From the human T2T-CHM13v2.0 reference genome, Homo sapiens, in the NCBI RefSeq assembly GCF_009914755.1, contig NC_060941.1: a stretch of DNA of 64,000 nucleotides. One strand, given 5' to 3'. The notes beneath the pieces are model-generated. The model had not been told where the DNA came from. It searched no databases and saw only the letters and a program-made list of their open reading frames with translations. Positions 13,034-35,892 of the stretch are shown piece after piece. The translations under genes and the position numbers were made by a program. How positions within the stretch are numbered: position 1 is the stretch's first letter; every line of letters starts with the position of its first letter.

Positions 13034-14540
13034 TTAACCTCTGGTCCCTTTTGGTCATTATGAAGACACAGTGAATGGTATAACAGGATCTTTATTTAAA
13101 TGGATTTGGTTGTACAATGCTCCCTGGGATCTGGAAGCGAAGGAGGATGGATCGTAAAGTACTTTTCATTTGAAAAAATGATGTGCTCTGGAGTGGAAGT
13201 GAGGACAAGCTGGGGTTGGGGGTGGAAACTTTGAAGGGGTAGGAGGCAGAGGACTGATTCTAGGAGTCAATTTTAGGGATTTTGATAAAAGGTGTATTTG
13301 CCTGCCAGCCCCAAATGTCTGCTCATCTTGGGACTCTGAAGAAAGATTTTTTCTGGGCTAGGGTGATGTGTCACCTTGGAGGGGAAGAGGCAGTGCTAGG
13401 CTTAGTACAATGAGGGGTAGGGTAGGTGTAATATCCCTATTCTGCAGGCGGAGAGACTAAACTCAGTGTGACCAAGTTGCCTCCCAAGGTTGCAGAGTTA
13501 GTCAATGGCAGAACCAGACCTAAAGGCAGCTCAGGCTTGAGTCAGGTCTGAGCCATGCTCTACCCTGGTCAGGTGCGTGCTGGTTCCTTAGGTTTCTTAG
13601 GAGCAGATTCTTATCACCCACAGTCCCCTGGCCAGGAATGGGCCAGTCCCAGGCTGAGCCGTAAGTGAAGAGAGTGATGAGGAAGAGTCTGGGTTGTGGG
13701 ATGGTGGTGTTGGGCAGGGGACGTCTCAGTAGGAGGGCCCTGGATTGAGTGCCTTCCTGTGTATTCCTAAGAACCTGGTGTTGAGACCCCGGGCTTGGCG
13801 GGGTGGGGCAGGGCACCAAAGCAGAGAAGCACACTGGAAAAGTAAACGGCGTCCTCCTCCTCATTGCCATCGCTCCTGTCGCCGTGTGTGGGGTGCTCTG
13901 CAGGTGCTAGGCCCTGGCTTGGCATGATGGGCACCACTGCCTTTAATCCTACAGCAACCACAGGTTTTCTGACCTAAGGAGTGAGGCTTACGAGGGAGGG
14001 GTAGGGGATCTGAGGACAGTGCCTCTGTTTCTTTGCTGGCACCAAGGGCTGGCAGACACGACTGCACAAGTTCTTATGAGAAGTGGGTATCTGGGAGAGC
14101 TTCCCTTTAGGCTGGGAGATGCAGAGGCAAGGATGTGTTCCGTTCATTCCCAATGCAAGGGGTAATGAGAGCAAAAGAAGCATCTGCAGGAAAGAGGGCA
14201 CCACCTGGCAGCTCCAAGTTCACACTGGACTTTGAAGCAGTGCAGGCCCCAACTATTCATTCCTCCCCCATAGACAGCCAAATGGCCATACTGTGCAGGG
14301 GGTCCCCTACCTTCACAGATTTATTTCCCCAGTATCAACAGCAGAGGCAGGGACACACCTCATGAACAGCTCATAGGAAACCTCATTCCACCACAAGGCA
14401 TCCGCTCCCACCCACCAGAAAAGGCTTCAAAGCGGCAACCAAACCTTGATCTAGTGGCCAGTTTGGGCACATTCCCTCCTCCCGGGTGACTTCCTTCTCT
14501 ATTCTTTATAAGAAATTCTTGTAAAGCTCTATAAAGTCTA

Positions 14541-15069
<529 letters not shown>

Positions 15070-15340
15070 TGCCCTCTCCCTAAGTTAGTAGAAGTCCTCA
15101 TCAGGCCCTGCTGCATCATCACGGCTGCTTCTCCTTGAGAGATAACCTCCCAGACTCATTTCTTCATCTGAAAAGAAAAGCTAAGGGACTCTACCTCATA
15201 GAATGGCCATGAAGAGGGTTCAGGGAGCAATGCCTGTAAAAGGGCCATGCCCTCCAAAAATAGATGATTTACAATCAGAACTGATCCACACTTGAAAACC
15301 TTGAGTTCAAAGTTTTCATGTTTTATGTTGTTCAAGAACA

Positions 15341-15682
<342 letters not shown>

Positions 15683-16856
15683 CTACACCCCGTTTTTCAC
15701 CTCTGTGTAAACTATAGAAAGTGGGGCTCCAGGCTTATTCTGAAGGAAACCTGCCTCCTGACTTTCAAGGGTTTGGAAGCTGCTGGCTTCTGAGATATGA
15801 TTTGCACATTATGCTCTCCTGGAGCATTTTATTTTAAGCAAAACGAAAAAGAAATGTAACATTTTGAATCTGTCTTTGGCCACAGAGAGAATCAAGCTTG
15901 GAAAAGAGGGGGCTCAGCTTCTTTCCTTCCTGGCTGCCCTAGGAACCAGAAACATTCCATCCACATCTCTCCTCAGCTGTTTTTCCATCATCTCCAAACA
16001 GAAAATCAGAGACATCAGCAATGTGAAAGCCAAATCCTATGGGTCTGAGGTGTTGTGAAGGGATCCAGTTTTAATAATGTCCCAGTGTGGGGACATCTGG
16101 CTGGACATCAAAGATCTGTTGATTGCTTCACACTTTCCCCACCCATTGCTCAAGGTTAGCTACTTATCTGCTTCCTAAGATTTTGTCATAGAGTTTTGGC
16201 GTTACAAAGACCCAAGAGATACAGATCACGGGCTCACATAATGCAATCTCCCATCTCCCACTGCTTTCCTGACACCACTGCTCCAGGACTTAGAGGAATG
16301 AGGGCCCGCTACCTTCAAGGACAAGGGAAGACCTACCTCAAATGGTAACTCTAACCTCGCAAATAATGGGAAAGGCTGCAGCTTCCTCATGGATCCTTTC
16401 CCAACTGCCCAGAGGAATCTCTCTCCAGAGAACTGGGAGGAAACCAAGGGCCCAGGCATGGAACAATCAACAGTGAGCGAAGCCATTTGGAAGGGATGCC
16501 AGGACTCCCCTCTTGCTATTCCCACTCCATTTCTCAAACTCTTACCCAAGAGCAAACTCTTGCACATACCACTGTTTGGGACCCTGGCCAAGTGCTGTTC
16601 TCCTATAAAATGTCTTATCAGATGGTTTATGAAATTAAGCTTTGTTGCTGTATCCTACACTTCCAAACACACACTGTTCCCACGGCCATGGCAGACTAAG
16701 CCTTTCAACCCTTCTACAACCCAAGACACATAAAATCCTGAAGAAACTAGTAGATGGACATTGGCCCATGAGTGACCATTGTAAAGAAAAAAGACTTGGC
16801 TCATCTCACCATGGGTTAAGTTGATGTGTCTAATACTCCACAGTAAGCTGTGGGTG

Positions 16857-17208
16857 TGTATTTGTCTGTTCTTGCACTGCTATAAATAAATACCTGAGAC
16901 TGGGTAATTTATAAAGAAAATAGGTTTAATTGGCTCATGGTTCTCCAGGCTACACAGGAAGCATGGCTGGGGAGGCCTCAGGAAACTTACAATCATGGCG
17001 GAAGGTGAAGGGGAAGCAGGTACGTCTTCACATGGCCAGAGCCGGAGGAAGAGAGATCTTCTGATAACTCACTCATTAGCATAAGAACGGCACCAAAGGA
17101 GAAATCTGCCTGAATGATCCAATCACTTCCCACCAGGCCCCACCCCCAACATCGGTGATTACAATCTGACATGAGATTTGGGTGTGGACACAGACCCAAA
17201 CCATATCA
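16857..17208. mobile_element. MaLR solo LTR (MSTA-like)
   Basis: TGTATT...CCATATCA termini; GGAGGCCTCAGGAAACTTACAATCATGGCGGAAGG core; TSD GGGTG/GGATG. Confidence 0.9.
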
Positions 17209-18011
17209 GGATGTCAGGGAATAAGCAACAGGAAAGAGACTTTGAAGCCAAAAACTTGGATTCTAGACCTAATTTTAGCAACTAGGTAGCTGACCTTTGA
17301 TCTCAGAAAAATCATTTTACCTTAGAGATTCTCAGCTTTCTCATTTGTAAAAAAAAAAAAAAAAAAAAAAAGTGTGGGGGCATTATTAATACCAGCTATA
17401 AGGGTTTGTCCACACCTTTGGGAAAATTGAGTTAATGGATGAAACAAGATTTTTATAATGATAAAGTCAAATGAAAGGGAGGTGGTATGTTTAATTCCTA
17501 AGACAGGAAGACATTATAACAAAGGGGACCAATTCTGGAAAGAAATGAAGGCCTTGGGTCAAAGAACCAAGAAAAGGTTTTTTTTAAATATATGAAAGTA
17601 AAAGGAAGGAAAACAAGGGAAAGGCTTCTGGTTGGCCACAGGTCAGTAGAAGCCAAAACAATAGACTTTGAGTGGTTGCAAGGAGCAGAAACTCCTCTGT
17701 CAGCCTTGAATAGGCGGGTGGCATCACCAGCACATCAGCCCCATTCCTTTGCTAGCTCTGAGCTTTAACTCCTGTCAATGGGAATCTTCTTGGATGAGGC
17801 CAGGCCACAGATCACTGGCCCAGTGACTGAGAAGGGGGCTGGGTTGGCTGCAGCTAGAACAGGGGCTAGGGGAAGGGCAGGTCCCCTAAAGAGGGTGCTG
17901 TGAGTATGGCAGGTGTCTTGAGATTTAACCTGACACAGCAACCAGGAAAGTATACGTACCCCTAAGCTGCAGTGATACATGTACAGGATCCAGATCAAAG
18001 CAGGTAGAACC

Positions 18012-19520
<1,509 letters not shown>

Positions 19521-19522
19521 GA

Positions 19523-19829
19523 GGCCGGGTGCAATGGCTCCCAGCACTTTGGGAGGCCGAGGCGGGTGGATCACCTGAGGTCAGGGGTTTGAAACCAGCC
19601 TGGCCAACATGGTGAAACCCTGTCTCTACTAAAAATACAGAAATTAGCCAGGTGTGGTGGTGGGTGCCTGTGATCCCAACTACTCAGGAGGCTGAGGCAG
19701 GAGAATTGCTTGAACCCCAGAGGTGGAGGTTGCAGTGAGCCAAGATCATGCGCCACTACACTCCAGCCTGGGTGACAGAGTGAGCCTCCATCAAAAACAA
19801 ACAAACAAACAAAAAAAAACAAAAACAAA
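19523..19829 (+). mobile_element. Alu
   Basis: Alu consensus with a small 5' deletion. Confidence 0.95.
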
Positions 19830-20133
19830 TGCAGAAGAGAAGCCCATAAAGGAGACTGCAATGGCAGAGACATGGAGGCAGTGGGTGGGGGTCGAGGTGA
19901 ACCAGCCAAAGGAGAAGAGTTTGAGAGAGTAGAGAGTGGAAGAAAGGCAGGTGAGGCAAAACTGGGGATATCCTTTGGATTTGACAATGTTGTAACTTTA
20001 GCAAGAGCAGTCTCAGTAGTTACAGGCATGGGAAGCGAGTCTTTAGTGGGTTGAAAAGTAAGAGAACAGTTGGAGAGCGGAGACCTATGTGTAACAGCTT
20101 TTAAGAAAAGCATGGCTGAAGGGAAGAGAGTAA

Positions 20134-20490
<357 letters not shown>

Positions 20491-21014
20491 TGATCAGCAA
20501 ACCAAGTGTGCCCAGGAGGTCCCACAAGTGGATGAAGGATCTGGAAACAATGGCACTTAGGAGCTACTAAAAGAACTGAGGATTCTTCATCTGAGATGGT
20601 GGTTGAGGGAGCCTTCTTCAAATACCCAAATGCCTGTCATAAGGGAGAAGAACTCATTTCCTTTTAGGTATTCCTAAAGAGCAGAAATAGGACTAATGGG
20701 TAGAAGTTACAGGAAGGACAATTTTGAGCCAATATAAAGAACAGCTTCCAACCAAGAAGCGTTTCCAACAATGAAATGGATTGTCTTGGAAGATAAAAAT
20801 TTTACCTTTTGACTGGAAGCCTTTAGCTGATTCAAGACCAGCACATGATGATGCTGGGGAACCATCCAGAAGCAGCCTGACTTGGATGCTACTTTTCCAT
20901 CATCCATTGAATCCCACCCCTCCGTCCTGGGCCTCATTCCACAAGAGACGGAGCCAGAAGTGACCTTAAGGGCTCCTGGCAACCTAGAGATTTTATGAGC
21001 CTAAAAAGTTTCTA

Positions 21015-21299
<285 letters not shown>

Positions 21300-21334
21300 T
21301 TCTAATTAAAAGCATGCAAATGAGGAAATCAATC

Positions 21335-21537
21335 CACTGCAAGCTTCACCTGTGGGCCAAAGCCTGTCTGCTGTCTGTTTCTGTGAATAAAATTGTACTG
21401 CAATGCAGATATACATGGTCGATGACTGCATTTGCACTGCAACTGCAGAATTGAGTAGTTGCAACAGACAGCATATGGCCTGAGGCTGAAAACATTTGCT
21501 ATCTGGCGCTTTATAGAAAAAATTCGCTGACCTCCTC
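21335..21537. mobile_element. MER58A-like DNA transposon (degenerate)
   Basis: GCAGAATTGAGTAGTTGCAACAGAC...TTTATAGAAAAATTCGCTGACC; resembles the copy at 63107. Confidence 0.7.
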
Positions 21538-21658
21538 TCTACATCCCTGAGATAGAATGGTTGAACACACTGGTCTCCCAGTCTAAGCTATACATCTAGC
21601 TGAGATTTCTCAGCTTATCTTAGACTTAGTATACATCTTTGGGAACCTGAATTTGTAA

Positions 21659-22081
<423 letters not shown>

Positions 22082-22876
22082 CGCACTCTTAAGGTAGAAA
22101 CAAAATAGCCAAAGGAGTCCGGCAGCTTCCCTCAAAGGGGGATGAAGGGGCTTTCTAAACCACACAGACTTGGGTCAGATTTGACGGAAGGGAGTTCTAG
22201 CCAAATTCAGAGAATGTTTCTTCCTCCTGGGTCTACTCTATGGCTAACAGCGACGCAGACAAGAGTTCTTGTACAGAGTGTCCAAAATCTGCTCTGTACT
22301 GCAATCTAAGAGGGTCTGCTCAGCCATGGGCTTCTGGAAGGTGTATAAATAGGCCTACCTTTCTGACCTGAGTTTTCTCTTCCCTGTAACATTGGGATTG
22401 GCTGTTTTCACCAGGAAGTGGCCTTTTCTTTACTCCCGTCCAATTCCACAGAAGTCCATGCTCCCTTACACTTGAGAATATGAAGCTGAGCCTGTAGCTA
22501 CTCTGATGGGGTTGCACTCATGCAAGGCTGGGAAGGACACGCACTGACCTTACATATACCAGTGTTTCTCCAATGGAACACACTGTTCTAGAAAGGGGAC
22601 AAGTTCTCACTCATCCTGAATCCTGGATCATTACAGCTACTCTTCCTTGAACTCTCAGGTTAGGAGACAGCACTTCTCCTGGGCTCCTATTTAGAACCCT
22701 CTTATGAAATGTACCACCAAATCCTATACATTACAGGTATTTATATACCACTTTATTATTTTTTTTCTAGACTGTGACCTCCCTGGGCACGGGACTTCTG
22801 CCTAATTCATCTTTGAATCAGTGCCTGACACACAGAGGATGTGTCTTGAATATACACAGAATGAATCATGGAATCT

Positions 22877-23493
<617 letters not shown>

Positions 23494-23785
23494 TGAATCT
23501 TAAAATCTGCTAAGTAGTGGCCACCTGAATAGGCTACACCAAAGGGAAAAACTGGCCTCATTCCAACCAGGGTCAATCACTCTACAGGGGGCTGGGAGAA
23601 CTGGGAGAAATCCATCTCATTAGATAATTATGACTGTGCCCAAATTTGTGACTGGCCAGTTTGGCAACACTAGGCACAGGCTGTGTATTCATCTACCTGC
23701 AGGATGAATCTTGGATGAAAAATTAAATGAGGCATGTTATTCTTATAAAGCAAAGGAAGGAAATGAGGAGTCTGAACATGAGCGG

Positions 23786-24136
23786 TGTATTAGTCCATTC
23801 TCACGATGCTATAAAGACACACCCAAGACGGGATAATTTATAAAGGAAAGAGGCTTAATGGACTCACAGTTCCACATGGCTGGGGAGACCTCACAATCAT
23901 GGCAGAAGGCAAAGGAGGAGAAAAGTCATGTCTTACACGGTGGCAGGCAAGAGAGCATGTGCAGGGGAACTGCCCTTTATAAAACCATGAGATCTCATAA
24001 GATTTATTCACTATCATGAGAACCAAACAGAAAACCCTTTCCCCATGATTCAGTTACCTCCCACCCGTCCCTCCCATGATTATGGGAGCTACAATTCAAG
24101 ATGAGATTTGGGTAGGGACCCAGCCAGACGATATCA
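23786..24136. mobile_element. THE1 solo LTR
   Basis: TGTATTAGTCC...ATATCA termini; GGACTCACAGTTCCACATGGCTGGGGAG core; TSD AGCGG/AGCAG. Confidence 0.9.
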
Positions 24137-24663
24137 AGCAGACTGGAAAACGTTCCCTGAGTTGGTGAATGAGAAAGGGAACTGGTTACGGCCTGGGCAG
24201 ACGAGGTAAAGTACACCATGCCATGGAGAGTGTGCAGCTCCCACAGTGGTATGTGGAAGGCACTGTGCCCTCTGTCGAGGAACGTGGCCCAGTCTGTCAC
24301 CCAACTTCTCCTAGACGGTGTGGGTCACTTCTTAGCCAACTCCGTCCTCAGAGTGGTACTGAACCGTTGATGAAGGGTACCTATCTGCCAAAGGAGCAGC
24401 CACGTGGGCCGCTTGCTAAGCTGATCTGAGGAAAGGAATCTTCCAGACACATTCTTGGAAAGTTCTTGATTCAGCAAAGGCCATTTTCTCTGACTACCCA
24501 ACAGCTCTACTCTTTCCACCCTTCTTGGGTTATTACAATGAAAAGTTCTACATGTTTTATCTTTATAAAAGTTGGAAGAAGTGAATTTAACAATTCTTGG
24601 TTCCAGATTCACTAAATAAAGACAAACAATCCTCCACAAGCTAATTGGTTACCAAGCTGGTAA

Positions 24664-25107
<444 letters not shown>

Positions 25108-25413
25108 TGATCCAAGGGCCTTGGCATTGCATTCAAAATTAGAGTCATCTCTAGAAAATAGTTACTGTGGACTTACTGTGCATGGATGATCTAGAAATCC
25201 ATTGAATGGTAACTGCAGGAAGAGAAAAATTCCCTTGTCTCCTTCATTGATTTTTCTGCACAATTCTTTGATGCGTCTGAATAGGTTTTTAAAGCTTTCT
25301 CTTGTCTGTTGACATCAAGCCAACAAGTTCATTTTTGGAAGTGATGAAACACTGCTTTGGTGGTGCTAAAAATGTCTACATGTTCTCATGTGTTTAGAAG
25401 AGAATTTGTTCTA

Positions 25414-25899
<486 letters not shown>

Positions 25900-25905
25900 G
25901 GAAGA

Positions 25906-25951
25906 GAATTGGTTCTTTTACTCAAACTGAATTGGTTCTTTTACTCAAACT
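25906..25951 (+). repeat. Perfect 23-bp tandem duplication
   Basis: GAATTGGTTCTTTTACTCAAACT x2. Confidence 0.95.
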
Positions 25952-26454
25952 ACTGCTTGATTCTGAAACATATGGATTCATCTCATCTGATTGGGTTTGT
26001 AGTATCCTATCAAAATTTTTCCTCTTCCATAAATGAGTCTATCACATTCTCTTATAACTGAGGAATTGGCACTTTACATGCTTCAAATACTTTCTGTGTC
26101 CTTCACAATTGTGCTCACCATCAAATGAAACCTCTTACTTTGGACTAAATGCGTTATTTCCAAAACTATGGCCTTTCTTGATCATTTCATTGATTTGAAA
26201 ATCTGCACATCACATTTACTTTCCTTAAATATAGTGAAGCAAGAAAACATTTTAATACTTGAATTTTTTAAAAAATGAAGTGTTGCCAAAAAGATCTGTT
26301 TTTTTTTTTTTTTTTTTCCTGATGCTCAGGATGAATCACTAGCAATCTTGACTTTGACTGGTAAGACTGATATAGGTGATAGTAAATACAGGTTTTTGTG
26401 GTTAGTAGGGGTCTTAACTCTGGTTAAGAAAAGACCTTAAAGAAGGGACACATA

Positions 26455-27938
<1,484 letters not shown>

Positions 27939-29324
27939 CTACATATTAAACACATCACTAGTTTGATAAGGCTGCAGTCATTATCTCTTGTCTATTTATC
28001 TGGACGGAGAAGCTAAGCATACAGAATTTAAGTGGCTAGCCTAAAGGCCAACTTAACCAAAGTGTTAGAAATGGAATCTGGCTATCAATACAAGCTCTCT
28101 CCTTAAGTATTGTGAACTATACTTTCACTACAAAGAATTTGATAACATGCCTGAAGACGCAGTAGAATTATACCTTCTTTTCTCCATGGTCAGAAGGCAA
28201 TTAAGTAAAATTCAACTATCCTTAGGGGTGTAATCACTTTACTAATACAGATAAAACCATTATGACCAAGTAGGAATTATAGCATAAGCTCAGCACATAA
28301 AATGGAATTATTTAAATTATACTACAGTGAAGCTAGTCAGGAATAAGACTCCATTTATTTTTGGCCTGAACACTTCTTTCAGATGAAGAGAAATGTTACT
28401 TCCAGTTTTACATATATTTCTGGGAACGAAACTCAGGGCTTGTCCACAATACTACAATTTTCCTGTGTTGGGATCCTCTCTACTTGAAGTGCCTGGGAGA
28501 AAAGCACATCCTACTCAGCAGTGAGTGGTAAGTAGTCTAAAATCAAGCTCACCATCACCCCCAGCATTTCTTAGCTTGATTTCAGCCAATGCCACCTGGC
28601 AGAAAAGTGGCACCACTTTTACGATACCAGCCACCGAAAAATCCCAAGTCCATGCTACCAACCTCTCTCTCACTGTTCGGTCTCTGCGATCGACTAGCTA
28701 ACTGACATGCTTTAAAGTTGCAACTTGGTCTCAACTTCTCTTTTTCCACCTGGGAGAGGCACATTCTATTACTAAAAGAGAAATCCAGGGCTGGATTCAT
28801 GGTGGCACAGCCCCCAGTTTTTGGTACATCTACTCAAACCATAGTCAATTCTACAGGCGTTCCTGGTAGGGAATGCTACCCCCAACACGCTCTCAAAGCT
28901 ATGCTACAGTCAGTTTGAGCTGACTGAATTTACCCAACATCTCAAGGGCATCGGGACAAATTGGCTTTCCTTTGCCACTTCTTTGAAGGACAGTTAGCAG
29001 ATCAAAAGCATTTACTGAATTTACTTCTATAGCTCCCTCCCCACCCCTGGAGACTGTAAAGTACCCAAATGTCCTGTTCTCAATTTTCGTTAGTAGAAAA
29101 AGTCATTTTCCCCCTTCCTTCCTCTAAATAAGCTCACAACCTAAACTATTTGACAGAATTGTAATGTCTTGCCTTGCTTTGTAAGTCCCTATTAATAACT
29201 TTTAGTGTTGGCATGAAGGAATTTTGGTGCCAAACTATGAAAAACATAAGCAAAGGAAGATATTTATGACTTCTAGACATTGTAGTAAGCATTTATAAAA
29301 TTTACTAAAGAATTTAGGATATGA

Positions 29325-30833
<1,509 letters not shown>

Positions 30834-31613
30834 ATGTCTTCACAATCATTTGCCTGGGTTAACTATTGTTTGCTTGTTTTTTGAGGGGAGTGCTGGATAA
30901 TATTAATAAGAGTAGTTTTGTGAATAAGTATACTAACTTGAGGTTAAGTTCTACCTAAATATCAGCTTAAGTCAAAGTTGACATTCTGTTGTTGTTAGAA
31001 TAAAAATGCCTGAAAACCAATGATAATTCCAGAATTTAATATTAGTAAGGATCAGAAGCAAAAATATTTTACTGAGTGCAGAGGAACTTCTCTCTCAGAG
31101 GATCCATTTTATTATCAGGATTTATCCCGAGGGAGGGCTAGCTGGCAAAGTGGCTAACTTCGTTTAGCAACTCTACAAAATTTATAAATTGGTGCAGACT
31201 GTAGGATGAGAGAAGAGCTGAAAAACATTTCCCTAAACTTTCGTAAATAATCCAGGATACCAATTCACATGGCCAGGCCTGTATGAGCTCCAGTGATTTT
31301 GTGGGTTTAGTGTCTGCTGGAGCCACCCCCCACTGCAAACTGTTATCTAGCATCAAAGGAACTTCCTCCAATCCCTAAGGAACTCTCAGAATGTCTGGTC
31401 CACTCGCCACTAAGCTCAGGACTCTAGATGTCTGGGAGCCACTACACTCTTTAGTTTGGACCCTCAAGGAATTTAGATGTGTCCGTCTAACCCACTGCCC
31501 ATTCTGACTTCCTCCTCAAAGGCAAATTCAAAGGACTTTATCGTCTTTGAAGTACCCTTTGTCTAACCCTGCTGGCCACCCCTCTCTTATCCACTACTTC
31601 TCTTTCAAAAACT

Positions 31614-32254
<641 letters not shown>

Positions 32255-32410
32255 TCATTTATTCAGGTGTCATGGTGGCTACTGAATCTTTGCCCCACTT
32301 TCCATTCACAGAGAAACGCCTCTCTCACTGACGACTTGGACCAATTTATGGGAATACTGCACACATTGCTTACATTTTTCTCTGCCTGCAGCCTCTTGTC
32401 TCTTCTAATC

Positions 32411-32763
32411 CAGGGGTCCCCAACCCCCGGGCTGAGGACCTGTACTGGTGTGTGGCCTGTTAGGAATGGGACCTCACAACAGGAGATGAGCCGCCTTGGA
32501 GCAAGCATTACCACCTGAGCTCCACCCTGTCAGATCAGGGTGGCATTCGATTCTCACAGGAGTGTGAACCCTATTGTGAACTGTGCATGCGAGAGATCTA
32601 AGTTGCATGCTCTTTATGAGTCTAATGCCTGATGATCCGAAGTGGAACCATTTTATCCTGAAACCATCCCCACTGTGTCCTACCCCCTGCCCCTACCCTG
32701 TTCGTGGAAAAATTGTCTTCCATGAAACTGGTCCCTGGTGCCAAAAAAGGTTGGGGACCGCTG
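32411..32763. mobile_element. MER1B-like hAT-Charlie DNA transposon
   Basis: TIRs CAGGGGTCCCCAACC / GGTTGGGGACCGCTG; 8-bp TSD (T/C)TCTAATC. Confidence 0.9.
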
Positions 32764-32782
32764 CTCTAATCCACCCCATCTC

Positions 32783-33089
32783 CGCTGGGTGCGGTGGCTT
32801 ATGTGTGTAATCCCAGCACTTTGGGAGGCTGAGGTGGGCAGATCACCTGAGGTCAGGAGTTCAAGACCAGCCTGGCCAACATGGTGAAACCCTGTTTCTA
32901 CTAAAAAATACAAAAACTAGCCAGGCGTGGTGGCAGGTGCCTGTAATCTCAGCTACTCAGGAGGCTGAGGAAGGGAGAATTGTTTGAGCCCGGGAGGCGG
33001 AGGTTGCAGTGAGCCGAGATCGTGCCACTGCACTCCAGTCTGGGCAACAGAGTAAGACTCCATCTAAAAAAAAAAAAAAAAAAAAAAAA
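32783..33089 (+). mobile_element. Alu
   Basis: Alu consensus. Confidence 0.95.
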
Positions 33090-33496
33090 TTCCATCCCAT
33101 TTCATGCTGTAGCTGGACACATGCTTATACAGCAATTTCTGATGATGTTATTCCCCTGTTCAAATGACTCTAATTGCTCCCCTCTTGCTTATAAAATAAC
33201 CTCCAAACTTTTCCTGCATGGAGACAATGCATTCTAGTGAAAAGAGCAAAAGTGAGTGAATCAGAGACACAAGGGTTCCAACTGCTGCTTTTGCCAGATG
33301 TTAGATATGTGGCCTTGGACAAATTTCCAAACTTCTCTTTGCTTCAGCTTCCCCAAATAGAAATAAGACTTATAAACTTATTGAGAATTGTCATAAAATT
33401 AAAACAGCCTTCATTTATTGAAAGTTTATTGCATGTTAGACTTTTTAAAATGCAACACCTCATTTAATCTTCATAACCATGTTCTACTATTCCTCT

Positions 33497-33826
33497 ATTT
33501 TCTTTTTTTTTCTTTTCTTTCTTTTTTTCTTTTTTTTTCTTTTTTGAGACAGAATCTCTCTCTGTCACCCAGGCTGGAGTGAAGTGGCGCGATCTTGGCT
33601 CACCACAACCTCCGCCTCCGGGGTTCAAGTGATTCTCACGCCTCAACCTCCTGAGTAGCTGAGACTACAGGCATGCACCACCACACCTGGCTAATTTTTG
33701 TATTTTTAGTACAGATGGGGTTTTGCCATGTTGGCCAGTCTGGTCTTGAACTCCTGGCCTCAAGTGACCCGCCCACCTTAGCCTCCCAAAGTGCTGAGAT
33801 TACAGGCGTGAGTCACTGCACCTGGC
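33497..33826 (-). mobile_element. Alu
   Basis: TSD TATTCCTCTATTTT. Confidence 0.95.
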
Positions 33827-35483
33827 CTTATTCCTCTATTTTTTAGGATCAGGAAACTCGGACTCAGAGAAGCTAAGCACCCAGCCCAATTCCAGATCCT
33901 TAACTGACCTGTGCTGAGGCCTTGCCTAGTACTGCAGGTAGACAGTACATGTAGTTCCCTTTGTCTTCCATAATCTGACTCTGACACACCTTCAAAAGCT
34001 TATCTCATGCTAGTTTTCTCCCAGCAGTTGTCATCTCCATGGTCTGAACTACCTGACCGGCTGCGACTCCACCTACAAGGCCCTTCCCTGCATTTCTACC
34101 TATTGAAGTCCTACTGCTATCCTAAACTCTAGCTAAGTGTCACCTCTTCCTAGAAGACCTGATTGCAAATGTTCCTGCCTCCCTGGAAATCTCATAATAC
34201 TTGCCATTTCTCTTACGCAAAGATCATGTTTTCTCTTATATTATCATTTTTTCCCTTTTGTGCATATGTTTTATTTTCCTTCTTGAATCACAAACTCTTT
34301 CTGGGCAAGGAGCATGTTGCCAAAGTCTTATTCAACCTTGTTTGCCTTTTAATTCCAGGCTCAGTCCCTGGGACAGATGAGGCACTTGCAAAATTCTGTA
34401 GAATATTTAATTTTTGCACAAATTTAATCCAGCTTTGAAGCGTTGAGCTCAATCTACAGTCTGCATGAAGTGAATGTGTTCCTCACGTGTTAGAGGTGAT
34501 ATCACAGGGAGAACAGTAATTACAATGTGAGATGGAGATGGGGCCAATTAGTCTTTCTTCTTTGCCAATAAAAAGGCAGAGAGAGTGAACATTATATGGT
34601 TTTAGGCAAAGTACCTGACAGCAGGGACCAGCGGTAGGAGGTCTACTTAGGTTTGCTATCTTAATTAGCCTATTTAAAAAAGATTTCTGGCACTATAAAG
34701 ATGTGCGGATTTGCCTTTGAAGGTATATGGATTTACCATCACTCTCGCGTGCACGCACACACACCCTCCCACACACACCCCACAATCCAAATAAGACAGT
34801 AGAAAGGGTTTTAAAAGAAAACTCTTAATCTACCCCATTTCTATTTCAGCAGCTTCCAAATTCACATGCCCGAATGCAATAAATAAAAATACTGGAGAAG
34901 AAAATCAGATAATACAAGTGGGAACTCAGTCAGAGAAAGGTTCTCTAACATTGTAGGAAATATCACTCTAGGCAGAAAACTGCTACCAGATCCTTAACTC
35001 TGAGAAAGAACAGGTGGAGACATGATGAGTCAACGCCGCTGAGGCTTCACGCAGCAGCCACCGTGGCCCGGCTTGGGTAAATATTTTTATTACAAACACA
35101 GTGATGCGTAATGGGCCAAACGATCAGTCCTGACAAAGATTGCCCACAGGACTGTGACACTGCAGTAGCTGGGAAAGTGGGCTAGAACCCGAGCTTACAC
35201 GAACCTGACGAGCAGCATCAGGGTTGATGTCAGGTTAGTGACAGCTGCCGTCACCTCACAGGAAGCAAAACTGGGAAATGCAAAATTCAGTTTTGAGAAA
35301 TCTCAGTCGATGGCAAGACGTTTCTTTAAAAACTGCAAGATTCGCAGGACCCTCCACGATCCTCTTAGGCAAATATTTCTTCTTAAGGAAACAGTGTCTT
35401 TTCTATTTTTCTTTCTCCCTCAAACTCTCACAGGCTCTGCTTCTTGGACTGAGCTGAATTCAGTCAAACCAACCGTTTAGATG

Positions 35484-35892
<409 letters not shown>

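Noticed and set aside
16290-16660. Possible old ERVL-type LTR
   Set aside because: Vaguely LTR-like, but I could not identify termini, TSD or family.
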